Shown: positions 38,854 through 47,560 of the stretch, piece by piece
How positions within the stretch are numbered: the first letter of the stretch is position 1
Layout of the letters: every line of letters begins with the position of its first letter
Sequence record: PZ452608.1
Strand: one strand, 5' to 3'
Length of the DNA stretch: 64,000 bases
Source of the DNA: a phage
Program-made: the position numbers and the translations under genes
The notes under the pieces: model-generated
Told to the model about the DNA's origin: nothing
Database searches by the model: none
The model's input: only the letters and a program-made list of their open reading frames with translations

Positions 38854-39639
38854 ATGGGTATTGTAAAAATAATCAATGGTGATATCTTTGCCGCATTTGA
38901 TAAAGGTAAGTTTGACATCATCGGTCACGGTTGCAACTGTATGAATTTAATGGGTGCAGGTATCGCTGACAAGATTTCTAAACTTTACCCAAAAGCATAT
39001 GAGACCGATACAGAAGTTTATCTATATGCAGGTGGTATAGGACACAAACCCTGTGAAAATTTACTGGGTAATTTCTCTGTAGCACGTTTAAAACAAGGTC
39101 GTATAGCTAACCTTTACACTCAGCTTAAGACTGGTAAAGATGCCCGATACAGTGCTTTAGAGTCATCTTTGAAACAGCTTAACAGATACTGTGAAGTTAA
39201 TCAGTTGAGGAAAGTTGGTTTACCTATGATTGGTGCAGGTATCGGTGGGTTGGACCCTCAAGCCGTCACAGTTATCATCAATCAGGTGATGAAGAGTGTA
39301 GATGTTTATCTATATGTCTATGAAGGAGAGATGTACCACAAGTTACGCTCAGGTTGGAATAACTACTGTGAACCAGAATACTTTGCAGGTGTAGTAACGT
39401 TCAAAGATGATACAGTTACCCTCTTCAGACGAAGAAAAGGTAAGATACATCAAAGTAACCCTCCGGTTGAGAAGATGTCTCTAAGTAACGCTCTAGTTAC
39501 CCACCTGTCGAAGAGCAATCACAGGATAGCCGTAACATTTGGCAGTGATGCAGATACATATATTTATGCAAGAACTGATGAGGATATCGAGACGGTCTTC
39601 TCTTCACCGGAAGTTACCTTCTTAGACGCAAAGAACTAA
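38854..39639 (+). CDS. macro-domain protein (ADP-ribose binding/processing) with C-terminal extension
   Basis: IINGDIFAAFDKGKFDIIGHGCNCMNLMGAGIA and VGLPMIGAGIGGLDP resemble macro-domain motifs. Confidence 0.5.
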   Translation: MGIVKIINGDIFAAFDKGKFDIIGHGCNCMNLMGAGIADKISKLYPKAYETDTEVYLYAGGIGHKPCENLLGNFSVARLKQGRIANLYTQLKTGKDARYSALESSLKQLNRYCEVNQLRKVGLPMIGAGIGGLDPQAVTVIINQVMKSVDVYLYVYEGEMYHKLRSGWNNYCEPEYFAGVVTFKDDTVTLFRRRKGKIHQSNPPVEKMSLSNALVTHLSKSNHRIAVTFGSDADTYIYARTDEDIETVFSSPEVTFLDAKN

Positions 39640-39670
39640 GAAACTCTGTATAATATTCACAATAGACTAA

Positions 39671-39715
39671 GCCTTCCTTATCTGGTAAATTTTTCAGGTA
39701 AGGAGGGCTTTTTCA
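39671..39715 (+). terminator. intrinsic terminator (long imperfect stem)
   Basis: GCCTTCCTTA...TAAGGAGGGC then TTTTT. Confidence 0.4.
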
Positions 39716-39900
39716 TTTCAGGATTGTGCAGGTAGAGTTCTGTAGAGAAATCTGTAGAGAGAATTTTGAACTCCAAAGAGAAAATTCATTTTCAAACTGT
39801 GCAGGTAATCTCCAAAGAGCTTTTTCATTTTCAAAAAGTGCACCCCGCTCAGGTCGGGCAAGAAAAATCATTTTAGAATTGTGCAGGTAGGTTTTTATGG
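39716..39900. repeat. repeat-rich non-coding region
   Basis: TGTGCAGGTA x3 at about 80-bp spacing, TCTGTAGAGA x2, CTCCAAAGAG x2, CCCTCTCCCC x2. Confidence 0.5.
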
Positions 39901-40065
39901 AGAGCCATACCAACCCCTCTCCCCCTATTACCCCCTCTCTCCCCAAAAGTCAAGAGAAAAATTTGTAGCGGATTGAAAAATAATTCTTGATTTGTGTTCT
40001 GTTTTGTGGTAGTCGTGTGCGCACGTTTCATTACAGTTTTTCCAAAAATATTTTTAAAATTTTTC

Positions 40066-40157
40066 TTGACTCTTTGAACGGGGTTATCTAGTATTTGCAT
40101 CAACGGGGAGGGAATGACCTTCCCCACTAAATAAAGTCCTAAACTGGAGATTCAAAA
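40066..40157 (+). promoter_or_regulatory. type A leader module: sigma70-like promoter, 5' stem-loop, conserved leader and SD
   Basis: TTGACT-17-TAGTAT, then CAACGGGGAGGGAATGACCTTCCCC hairpin, then ACTAAATAAAGTCCTAAACTGGAGATTCAAAAATG; repeated before ORFs at 41718, 42582, 43809, 44706, 45304, 45636. Confidence 0.5.
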
Positions 40158-40538
40158 ATGGCATACCGTGCACCTAAATTCATCAACAAAGACAACTTTC
40201 GCAACGCACTGGAGAAGTCACTTGATGAGAATTTTAAAGGTAACGTTATTGTTGTTCACTCGTTCAATTTCAAGTATGATATTAACGGGAATAAAATCAA
40301 CCATTACACGGCGACAATGCTAGATGGTACTCTTTCAAGTGAAAAAGCCATTTTACATGCACTTGCTGGACGTGGTAAAAACCTGATAAGATGCGATAAG
40401 AGACGTTATCAGGGTGGCGCATATGGTTACGATGATGCTGTTTATCATCTTGAAAATATGGGCTATCAAGTAGAAAAAGCTGGAGTGTCTCAAATAATCG
40501 GTAGTGATGGTTATGTAACAATCTTCAAAATTAACTGA
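40158..40538 (+). CDS. hypothetical protein (array gene 1)
   Basis: 126 aa; type A leader with GGAG SD. Confidence 0.5.
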   Translation: MAYRAPKFINKDNFRNALEKSLDENFKGNVIVVHSFNFKYDINGNKINHYTATMLDGTLSSEKAILHALAGRGKNLIRCDKRRYQGGAYGYDDAVYHLENMGYQVEKAGVSQIIGSDGYVTIFKIN

Positions 40539-40626
40539 TAAAGTACTTTACAAGGGGCTTATAGTTCGATAAAGTAAGCCCCAGATAAAGAGCTTTACCA
40601 CTAAATCCTAAATTGGAGATTCAAAA
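40539..40626 (+). promoter_or_regulatory. type B leader module: GC hairpin plus conserved leader and SD
   Basis: TAAAGTACTTTACA-AGGGGCTTA..TAAGCCCC-AGATAAAGAGCTTTACCACTAAATCCTAAATTGGAGATTCAAAAATG; repeated before ORFs at 41006, 42076, 42873, 44143. Confidence 0.45.
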
Positions 40627-40917
40627 ATGGCTACTATCAAAAACGTTGTAATTCCTGTAAAAACTCGTGATGACGCTCGCATCATGGCGAAAAAGTTAGG
40701 CGGGAAAGTGGTTGACAACGGAAAACAATCTGCTGTAAGATGGGGTGTGAAGGCTGATAAACAGTTGAAGTTAAAAAATTCACCAATAAATCTTTTTACA
40801 TGTGTAAACACTATCGGAAAGACAAATGTATACACGAAAAAGGCATATATTAGACGCGTAGCCTTAACATCTCCAATTCGTACAATGAGAGGTTATGCAA
40901 AGCTGAAAATTAGCTGA
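40627..40917 (+). CDS. hypothetical protein (array gene 2)
   Basis: 96 aa basic protein; type B leader. Confidence 0.5.
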   Translation: MATIKNVVIPVKTRDDARIMAKKLGGKVVDNGKQSAVRWGVKADKQLKLKNSPINLFTCVNTIGKTNVYTKKAYIRRVALTSPIRTMRGYAKLKIS

Positions 40918-41005
40918 TAAAGTACTTTACAAGGGGCTTAAAAGTTGGTATCTTAAGCCCCAGATAAAGAGCTTTACCACTCAATCCTAAACTGGAGATT
41001 CAAAA

Positions 41006-41302
41006 ATGAAATTATCAAATAAAGTTCGTGAAAATCTAAGCAAATTACTCAACAAAATTGATTTCATTGAAACATCAAGAAATAGCCATGATGTTATGGA
41101 ATGGTTACACGGCAAAATAAAAGGTCGTCGTGTAGTGATTTGCTTATGGAATAGTTGCAGGGAGTATAAAAAACCTGTATTGCAAGTTAATATCTATGAT
41201 GATACTCTTAAAAGTCCTGTCAAATCTAAAAGTGATTTATTAGAATCTTATGAGATAACTGTAAGTGGCAAAGTATCACGTAAAGAGGAAGCACCATGTT
41301 AA
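41006..41302 (+). CDS. hypothetical protein (array gene 3)
   Basis: 98 aa; type B leader. Confidence 0.5.
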   Translation: MKLSNKVRENLSKLLNKIDFIETSRNSHDVMEWLHGKIKGRRVVICLWNSCREYKKPVLQVNIYDDTLKSPVKSKSDLLESYEITVSGKVSRKEEAPC

Positions 41303-41628
41303 TGACTGGTATCACTGCAATCATTGCCATTTTCGCGCTCTATAAGGCATATAAAGCCTATAATCTAGCAAATAAGGCAATCACACAACAGGTTAGCAAT
41401 AGCCTTGTAATGAGCTTTCTAGAGCGGTTGAGCGATGAACAATTAAAGCGGTTAGAAATGAGCTTCAGATTCAGGGCGAGAACTTATCAAATCAGCGACA
41501 TTTTCAAAGATGATTTTCAATTAGTCGATGATTATAATTCTCTGATAAATGCTTTAAATATTAGTGACTTAAAAGACTATCATACTGTAATTGTTCAAGA
41601 GTTGAGCAAACGAAAACAAAACTGTTGA
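41296..41628 (+). CDS. hypothetical protein (array gene 4)
   Basis: 110 aa; overlaps upstream gene, no leader module. Confidence 0.35.
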   Translation: MLMTGITAIIAIFALYKAYKAYNLANKAITQQVSNSLVMSFLERLSDEQLKRLEMSFRFRARTYQISDIFKDDFQLVDDYNSLINALNISDLKDYHTVIVQELSKRKQNC

Positions 41629-41717
41629 CACTGATTTTTAGATAGATTAAATTACACATCAACGGGGAGGCAATAAACACCCCACTAAATAAAGCCCTTA
41701 AACTAGGAGATTCTAAA

Positions 41718-41990
41718 ATGTATACTACTAACAACGGTCGCACTTTAAATGTCACTCTACGTCACTATGTAGACGGTGTGATGCACTTTGAGGATTTACA
41801 GGCTGAGCAACATATCTTAGATTGGCAAGTCGCAGGACTCCAAAAAACTGCTACCGGATACGGCAAAAAGATTCCAACTAGCTGGAAAGTATACTATGAA
41901 GGACGTTTGCGCAGAATTTATCAGGATGTATGTAGCAATAGCACATCAAGTTACATCATAGTAAAAGGTAAAAAACTGCATTTAGTATAA
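41718..41990 (+). CDS. hypothetical protein (array gene 5)
   Basis: 90 aa; type A leader (TTGACA-17-TAAATT). Confidence 0.5.
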   Translation: MYTTNNGRTLNVTLRHYVDGVMHFEDLQAEQHILDWQVAGLQKTATGYGKKIPTSWKVYYEGRLRRIYQDVCSNSTSSYIIVKGKKLHLV

Positions 41991-42075
41991 AGTACTTTAC
42001 AGGGGGCTTATTAGTCTGTACAGTAAGCCCCAGATAAAGAGCTTTACCACTCAATCCTAAATTGGAGATTCTAAA

Positions 42076-42480
42076 ATGGCTATTAATAATCGTGAGTTGT
42101 CAATCTTAAAAGCACGTTTAACCGTTAATCGAATCAATGTTATTACATCATCAGCACCGGATGAAACATTGCACAACATTATCGGAAAGATTCAAAGCGT
42201 TATCTTAGACGTTGAAAACGTAAAAAACTCATTGGCTGACGTTGCAGCAGGTATCACGCTAGACGGTGCACAATATGAAATGGTCGACATGTTAGGCAAA
42301 TCTAAGGTAATGAATAAAGAGTTAGACTTGAAAATGTTTAGATTTGCCGTGAAAGTGTGGCTATCTGTTGAGTATGATGCTAATTTTGCAATCGCTGATT
42401 TCTTTGCCACTTGGTTACAACGTAATTTGGCAAATCATGACTTTCGTGACATCTGCGACGCAATTTATGCAGAACTCTAA
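42076..42480 (+). CDS. hypothetical protein (array gene 6)
   Basis: 134 aa; type B leader. Confidence 0.5.
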   Translation: MAINNRELSILKARLTVNRINVITSSAPDETLHNIIGKIQSVILDVENVKNSLADVAAGITLDGAQYEMVDMLGKSKVMNKELDLKMFRFAVKVWLSVEYDANFAIADFFATWLQRNLANHDFRDICDAIYAEL

Positions 42481-42581
42481 AAATTTTATTGACACTGATT
42501 TTTAGATAGATTAAATTACACATCAACGGGGAGGGAATGACCTTCCCCACTAAGTAAAGTCCTTAAACTAGGAGATTCAAA

Positions 42582-42779
42582 ATGGCTATTATCAACGGTT
42601 TAACCATTGAAACCACGCACATCAAAGACATTAAAGTTGGTGATGTAGTTCTTTCCCACGGCGTAGAAAAAACAGTCACTGCAAAGGATATCAAAGATGA
42701 TTCTTTCATGGGTAGAACTCTCTTCGGTGATTCTTATTGCTTAGGTTATCTTGCAGTTTTAAAAGTTGTCAAAAATTAA
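42582..42779 (+). CDS. hypothetical protein (array gene 7)
   Basis: 65 aa; type A leader. Confidence 0.45.
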   Translation: MAIINGLTIETTHIKDIKVGDVVLSHGVEKTVTAKDIKDDSFMGRTLFGDSYCLGYLAVLKVVKN

Positions 42780-42872
42780 CTGATAAAGTACTTTACAAGG
42801 GGCTTATAGTTCGATAAAGTAAGCCCCAGATAAAGAGCTTTACCACTAAATCCTTAAACTAGGAGATTCAAA

Positions 42873-43415
42873 ATGAAATGCTTTCACGGTACTACTCAAG
42901 AAAACTTTATCAACCTGATTAATAACGGTGATAAACCATCAGGTGTATGGAATTGTTCGGATATGGACGGCAATTTTTACGTGTACCCAGAAAATAAACT
43001 CTATGGTGATGATGAGGAAGAGATAGCATCGGAAGGTATCCAGCAAGCTCTAGGAAATGCCACTATCACGGCAGCTTTTCAGATGAAAACTCAAAATATT
43101 GTTATCTTAGAACTTGACATTCCAGAGGATGAGCTAAATGATGATTATTCTTGTGATAACATGTCAAATATAGCAAGCTTTACAGAGTACTTTGATGTAA
43201 ATTGGATTAAAAAGGTCTATACAACAGAGTTCAACGCTATGTATTCACCTTTTTGTCTCCCTTCACTGGATAACCCAAATTTAAATTATCTTGATGAAAC
43301 ATTGGAGCTACTTGCTAAAAGTATCCAACAATCCGACAGTATTCAGGTTTTTTGTGACATCATGGATACACTGACAGAAAACATTGTAGAGAGTGATTTA
43401 AAGGTCTTTTTCTAA
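42873..43415 (+). CDS. hypothetical protein (array gene 8)
   Basis: 180 aa acidic protein; type B leader. Confidence 0.5.
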   Translation: MKCFHGTTQENFINLINNGDKPSGVWNCSDMDGNFYVYPENKLYGDDEEEIASEGIQQALGNATITAAFQMKTQNIVILELDIPEDELNDDYSCDNMSNIASFTEYFDVNWIKKVYTTEFNAMYSPFCLPSLDNPNLNYLDETLELLAKSIQQSDSIQVFCDIMDTLTENIVESDLKVFF

Positions 43416-43481
43416 AAACCTATACATTCACCTTATAAACACTGATTAACCCCTTACAGGGGCTTTTAGAGGGCTTAAATC

Positions 43482-43715
43482 ATGCTTACAACCATTTATC
43501 TCATCCTTTCCATTTGTAACGGCCATTCATGTGACTTTAAAGGGCTTGAAGAGTTTACAGGAAGTAAAGAAAATGCTATTCAAGTTTGCCAGATAGCAAG
43601 ACAAGACTACCCCGCCAGTGATGATATACAATGTTACTTTAAGACAGAAGATGACGAAGGAATCTATTTCGACAGTGTCGATGGTCAATATGAAATTATC
43701 ATTGAAAAAGACTAG
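43482..43715 (+). CDS. hypothetical protein with N-terminal hydrophobic segment (array gene 9)
   Basis: 77 aa; preceded by a different hairpin (CCCCTTACAGGGG). Confidence 0.4.
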   Translation: MLTTIYLILSICNGHSCDFKGLEEFTGSKENAIQVCQIARQDYPASDDIQCYFKTEDDEGIYFDSVDGQYEIIIEKD

Positions 43716-43808
43716 ACAAGCCTGATAAAAGTCTGTAAATTATCAATCAACGGGGAGGGAATGACCTTCCCCACTAAGTAAAGTCCTTAAACTAGGAGAT
43801 TCCAAAAA

Positions 43809-44057
43809 ATGTATACTAAAACTCAACTAAAAAACATGGTTAGCAATGGCTTAATGGATGAAGTCTATAAAGAGTGTAGACGCTACGGGGAAATTAAGGA
43901 TAAGACTAGTTATGAGTATACCCACACAATAGACTTTAAAACCAATGAGAAGAGGACTGACCTTGTTACTGTAGTAGTGATTGAGTATAAACGAATTATT
44001 TGGACCTTTGAGCTAGTAAAAGGTGAGTGCACAGAGATAGAATATAAAGACGCTTAA
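43809..44057 (+). CDS. hypothetical protein (array gene 10)
   Basis: 82 aa; type A leader. Confidence 0.5.
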   Translation: MYTKTQLKNMVSNGLMDEVYKECRRYGEIKDKTSYEYTHTIDFKTNEKRTDLVTVVVIEYKRIIWTFELVKGECTEIEYKDA

Positions 44058-44142
44058 AGTACTTTACATGGGGCTTATTAGTCTGTATAGTAAGCCCCAG
44101 ATAAAGAGCTTTACCACTCAATCCTAAACTGGAGATTCTAAA

Positions 44143-44484
44143 ATGGCTTATGTAACCGTAATTACCGATAAAGCTGGCTCATCTTGGTCAACTCAAGTAA
44201 GTGATAAGATGTCACCTATGCAGTGCCTAAAATACTTTGAACAGTGGAACAAAGGCGAGGGTGTAAGCCCCTTTCAAGTGATGCAAATCATCCATACAGA
44301 TAACGAAGGGAATAAAACGACCTTGAACAGTGAATACTACGCAAGCCGTTTTGAAACGAGAAGTAAAACAATGAAGCTTTTACGTGAATCCGGTTATGCA
44401 CATATTGCCGCTTTAATCTGGGATGACCTGCTAAAAAGTCAGCGTATCAGCTATGTAAAGCCTGAAAAAATCTTCATAAGTTAA
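44143..44484 (+). CDS. hypothetical protein (array gene 11)
   Basis: 113 aa; type B leader. Confidence 0.5.
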   Translation: MAYVTVITDKAGSSWSTQVSDKMSPMQCLKYFEQWNKGEGVSPFQVMQIIHTDNEGNKTTLNSEYYASRFETRSKTMKLLRESGYAHIAALIWDDLLKSQRISYVKPEKIFIS

Positions 44485-44705
44485 TCAATAACTTACAAAA
44501 AACTTTTAAAAAAGTGTTGACAATACCCATTGACATTGGTAACTTTGTTCGAGGGGGTTATCTAAAAGGGATTCACTTAATAGATTCTTTATAGATAAAC
44601 TTAAAAAATTGCTTGCAAAGGCAAATCAAAACAAGTATAGTACTAATCAACGGGGAGGGAATGACCTTCCCCACTAAGTAAAGTCCTTAAACTAGGAGAT
44701 TCAAA

Positions 44706-45236
44706 ATGAACAAGTTTCAAGCTATCAACTACATTCGCTCATCTAACGTTATGACTAAACCCGTTAAAGATACCTTCGAATTTCGTTGCAACGGTGTACA
44801 CTTTGCAACTATCACTAAATCAGAAAACGGGGCTTATTATATACATCGTCGTAATGTTTCTACTGTTGTAGTATCTCACTTTATGCAAGCTGTAGCAGAA
44901 CTGTTACCGCTATTCTTAGGTATTTACTTAGATGAGTGTAAAAACGTTCGCAACCACGTTAAAGACCTTTTAAATGGTTATAAAATGGCTTATGAACGTT
45001 CTATCAAGAATCTTAACAAGTTCTATAAAGCCCCTGAAAACACCGTATCAATAGCTTATGATGTAAGTGGTGAAATGGTCAACCTCTCCAATGTAGAACA
45101 AATTGGCCTTTATGATTTACGTCCTAGCGGTTATTCTAAGACTCTCGGTGAAGGCTTATCCTTCAATATCAAGAACTTAGAAAAAACTTTAAAAGATATT
45201 GAAAAAGATATTGACGAGACAATCAAAAGTCTGTAA
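44706..45236 (+). CDS. hypothetical protein (array gene 12)
   Basis: 176 aa; type A leader with TTGCAA-17-TATAGT. Confidence 0.5.
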   Translation: MNKFQAINYIRSSNVMTKPVKDTFEFRCNGVHFATITKSENGAYYIHRRNVSTVVVSHFMQAVAELLPLFLGIYLDECKNVRNHVKDLLNGYKMAYERSIKNLNKFYKAPENTVSIAYDVSGEMVNLSNVEQIGLYDLRPSGYSKTLGEGLSFNIKNLEKTLKDIEKDIDETIKSL

Positions 45237-45303
45237 ATTGTCAATCAACGGGGAGGGATTAACCTTCCCACTAAGTAAAGTCCTTAAACTAGGAGATTCA
45301 AAA

Positions 45304-45567
45304 ATGGAACACGTAGAATTAACCACACTATTGCAGATTGCAACTGACAAAGAAGACGTAGCGTTGTTTCACCGTATCGAAAGTGATTTGTTCAATGGTG
45401 AAATCATTAAAGAATCTTACGAAGTTGTCGGATTCAAAGATGGTAAAGCATTTGGCTTTTTTGACCTCGACAAAAGCAAAGCGGTTACAATGTACGATGT
45501 TCTATCTTGTGAAATTCTGACAAAATACAACGAAAAAAGGCTTGCAACCTACGCCAATATGCAGTAA
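45304..45567 (+). CDS. hypothetical protein (array gene 13)
   Basis: Start at ATG (MEHVELT) right after type A leader rather than the upstream in-frame ATG of the track ORF. Confidence 0.45.
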   Translation: MEHVELTTLLQIATDKEDVALFHRIESDLFNGEIIKESYEVVGFKDGKAFGFFDLDKSKAVTMYDVLSCEILTKYNEKRLATYANMQ

Positions 45568-45635
45568 ATTACTAAACAACGGGGAGGGAATGACCTTCCC
45601 CACTAAATAAAGTCCTAAACTGGAGATTCTAAATT

Positions 45636-45884
45636 ATGTCAACTATCCGCGTAACTGTTAATGCTTATGGCTGCCACCAACTTGATGCAAAATTCGATAT
45701 CGGTGGAACAGATAACACCTTTGACCTTATCAAAATGCTGATTCAGCAGGTGATACCAGATTATAACCCTACTGATGACTTCTGGAAAGATGCCGTAAAA
45801 GAAGCCATAAACGAGGAATCTCACTACCATTATTGGGGTGACTTGATTGTCTCTCTGTACTACAGCAAACAAGGTTACAACTAA
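45636..45884 (+). CDS. hypothetical protein (array gene 14)
   Basis: 82 aa; type A leader. Confidence 0.5.
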   Translation: MSTIRVTVNAYGCHQLDAKFDIGGTDNTFDLIKMLIQQVIPDYNPTDDFWKDAVKEAINEESHYHYWGDLIVSLYYSKQGYN

Positions 45885-45891
45885 TCGACGC

Positions 45892-45948
45892 AGCGGGGCT
45901 AAATAGCCCCAGATACCTGAAAAGCTCCTTCTCATAGGGGCTTTTTTA
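45892..45948 (+). terminator. tandem terminator hairpins ending plus-strand block
   Basis: GGGGCTAAATAGCCCC then AGCTCC..GGGGCTTTTTT. Confidence 0.45.
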
Positions 45949-45959
45949 CGTCTATAAAG

Positions 45960-47450
45960 AGACTCTATACAATCCCTTTCCTTTCCTTCCTAGAATCTAT
46001 CCCGTACCTTAAAAGCAATAACTCTATAGCTTACTCTATAGCCCCTTATCAAATCAACTTAAATATAAGCCCATAACCCGAAAGGGAAGGGCAACCATTT
46101 AAACGCTCTATAAAGCCCTATAACAGCCTTATCAACCTAACTTAAGCAATCATATTAACCCACTCTAAAAAGCCCTTTATAGAGCTTTCTAGAGCCTTAA
46201 AAGAATCTTATAAGGGTACAAGCTTATAAGCTGGCTAGTATCTTGTGAATATCTAAACAACCCCTTGATAGTCACTAAAAAGTATGTTATAGGGGCTATA
46301 GAGTTACTTCAAAGTTACGTAAAAAGAGCTATAAAGTTACGTAAATGCTAGCCCCCTTAACATTTTCTTAACAATTTCTTAACAATCCCTACATAGTTAT
46401 GCTTGTTAGAGACTTGTTAGCCCCTTGTTAAATCTCTGTTAAGACCATGTAAAAGCCTTGTAAAAGTCTTTGGCATAGCCTTAAAAGCTTCTGTAAAGCC
46501 CTATAAAGAGCTATCCATACAGTTGAGGGGTAGATACTAGTAAGAGGCTTAAAAGAACTTATAAGGGGCTATAGAGAGCTTTTAAGAGGTATGTTTAAGG
46601 AATCACTAAGAGGGAAAGGGAAACGATAAGAAAAGAGATAGTGACCATGTTAATAGCTTGTTAAAAAGATTAAACACTTGTTAGGAACTTGTTAATTATC
46701 TTAATTGGTATTGTTACCAATCCCTACAAAATAACTCTTTAAAATTAACTTGTTAGCTCTTGTTAGTCATCTGTTAAGATTCTGTAAAGCCTATTCAGCA
46801 CTTGTTAAGAATCTATTAAGCTCTTGTTAGTTCTGTTAAGAAACTGTTAAGACCTTTGAAGAGTTGTTAAGAAGATGTGAGAGTTGTTAAGGAATTGTTA
46901 AGGATATTTTAAAATTCTGCAAAGGGGGTGTTACAGGGCTGTTAAGGGCTACCAAGCAGATATACATCCTAATCAGATATTTTTCAGTTCCTTCAAAGAC
47001 CCTAAAAAAATGACTTGATAGTCCTATTTTATAAAAATTTTAAGATTCTGAATAATTACCCAGACAGTCTTTTAAAAATACAGGTAGAAACAGGCTTATA
47101 AGATACCTTGTTAGTACCGTGTTAGACCTTGTGAGATAAGGTCTGTAAAGGTATTCCTGTTAAGTTTGTTAAAACAGTCTATATAGAGGCTTAGTAGTGT
47201 CTAGTGAACACCTATAGAGAGTGTCATAGCTTACATAGAGATTAAGAGGTGTATAGAGGCTTCTAAGAGGGTGTAGAGGGATGGTTAAGGCGATTGTATA
47301 GGTTGTTAAGAAGGCTTGTTAGAAGAGTGTTTAGAGGGCTATTTAGAAGGGTTATACAGAGGGGCTATTAAGACCACTAGATAGTTACTAAGACACTATA
47401 TAGTACTATATAACTATATATATATAGAGAGTAAGATTAAGAAGGTTGTT
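45960..47450. repeat. ORF-free repeat-dense region (iteron-like arrays)
   Basis: No ORF of 60 aa or more on either strand; dozens of YTGTTAAG/CTGTTAAG/TTGTTAG units at roughly 10-12 bp spacing (46380-46450, 46640-46900), CTATARAG-type units (45960-46330, 47160-47300), AT-rich ACTATATAGTACTATATAACTATATATATATAGAGAG near 47390-47440. Confidence 0.55.
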
Positions 47451-47523
47451 AAGAAGGATAGATATTTTATTCACATATGATGGTGACCCAGAGGTTGGGA
47501 CAACCGATAAAATTTTATAAAAA

Positions 47524-47550
47524 TTAAAAAGCCCCCGATTAAGGAGGCTC
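47524..47550 (-). terminator. intrinsic terminator for minus-strand block
   Basis: On minus strand GAGCCTCC..GGGGGCT hairpin then TTTTT. Confidence 0.45.
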
Positions 47551-47560
47551 TTAAGATATT

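Noticed and set aside
39713-40127. Two minus-strand ORFs (77 and 84 aa) in the repeat-rich leader upstream of the small-gene array
   Set aside because: Located on the opposite strand in a repeat-dense non-coding region with plus-strand promoter and terminator signals; translations are repeat-driven; judged spurious.
40095-45650. Repeated about 60-90 nt modules with unique sequence between them, superficially CRISPR-like
   Set aside because: Repeats are too long and of two types, the intervening sequences are 200-550 bp protein-coding ORFs with RBS and start codons placed by the repeat itself, and no cas genes are present; interpreted as promoter/leader modules.
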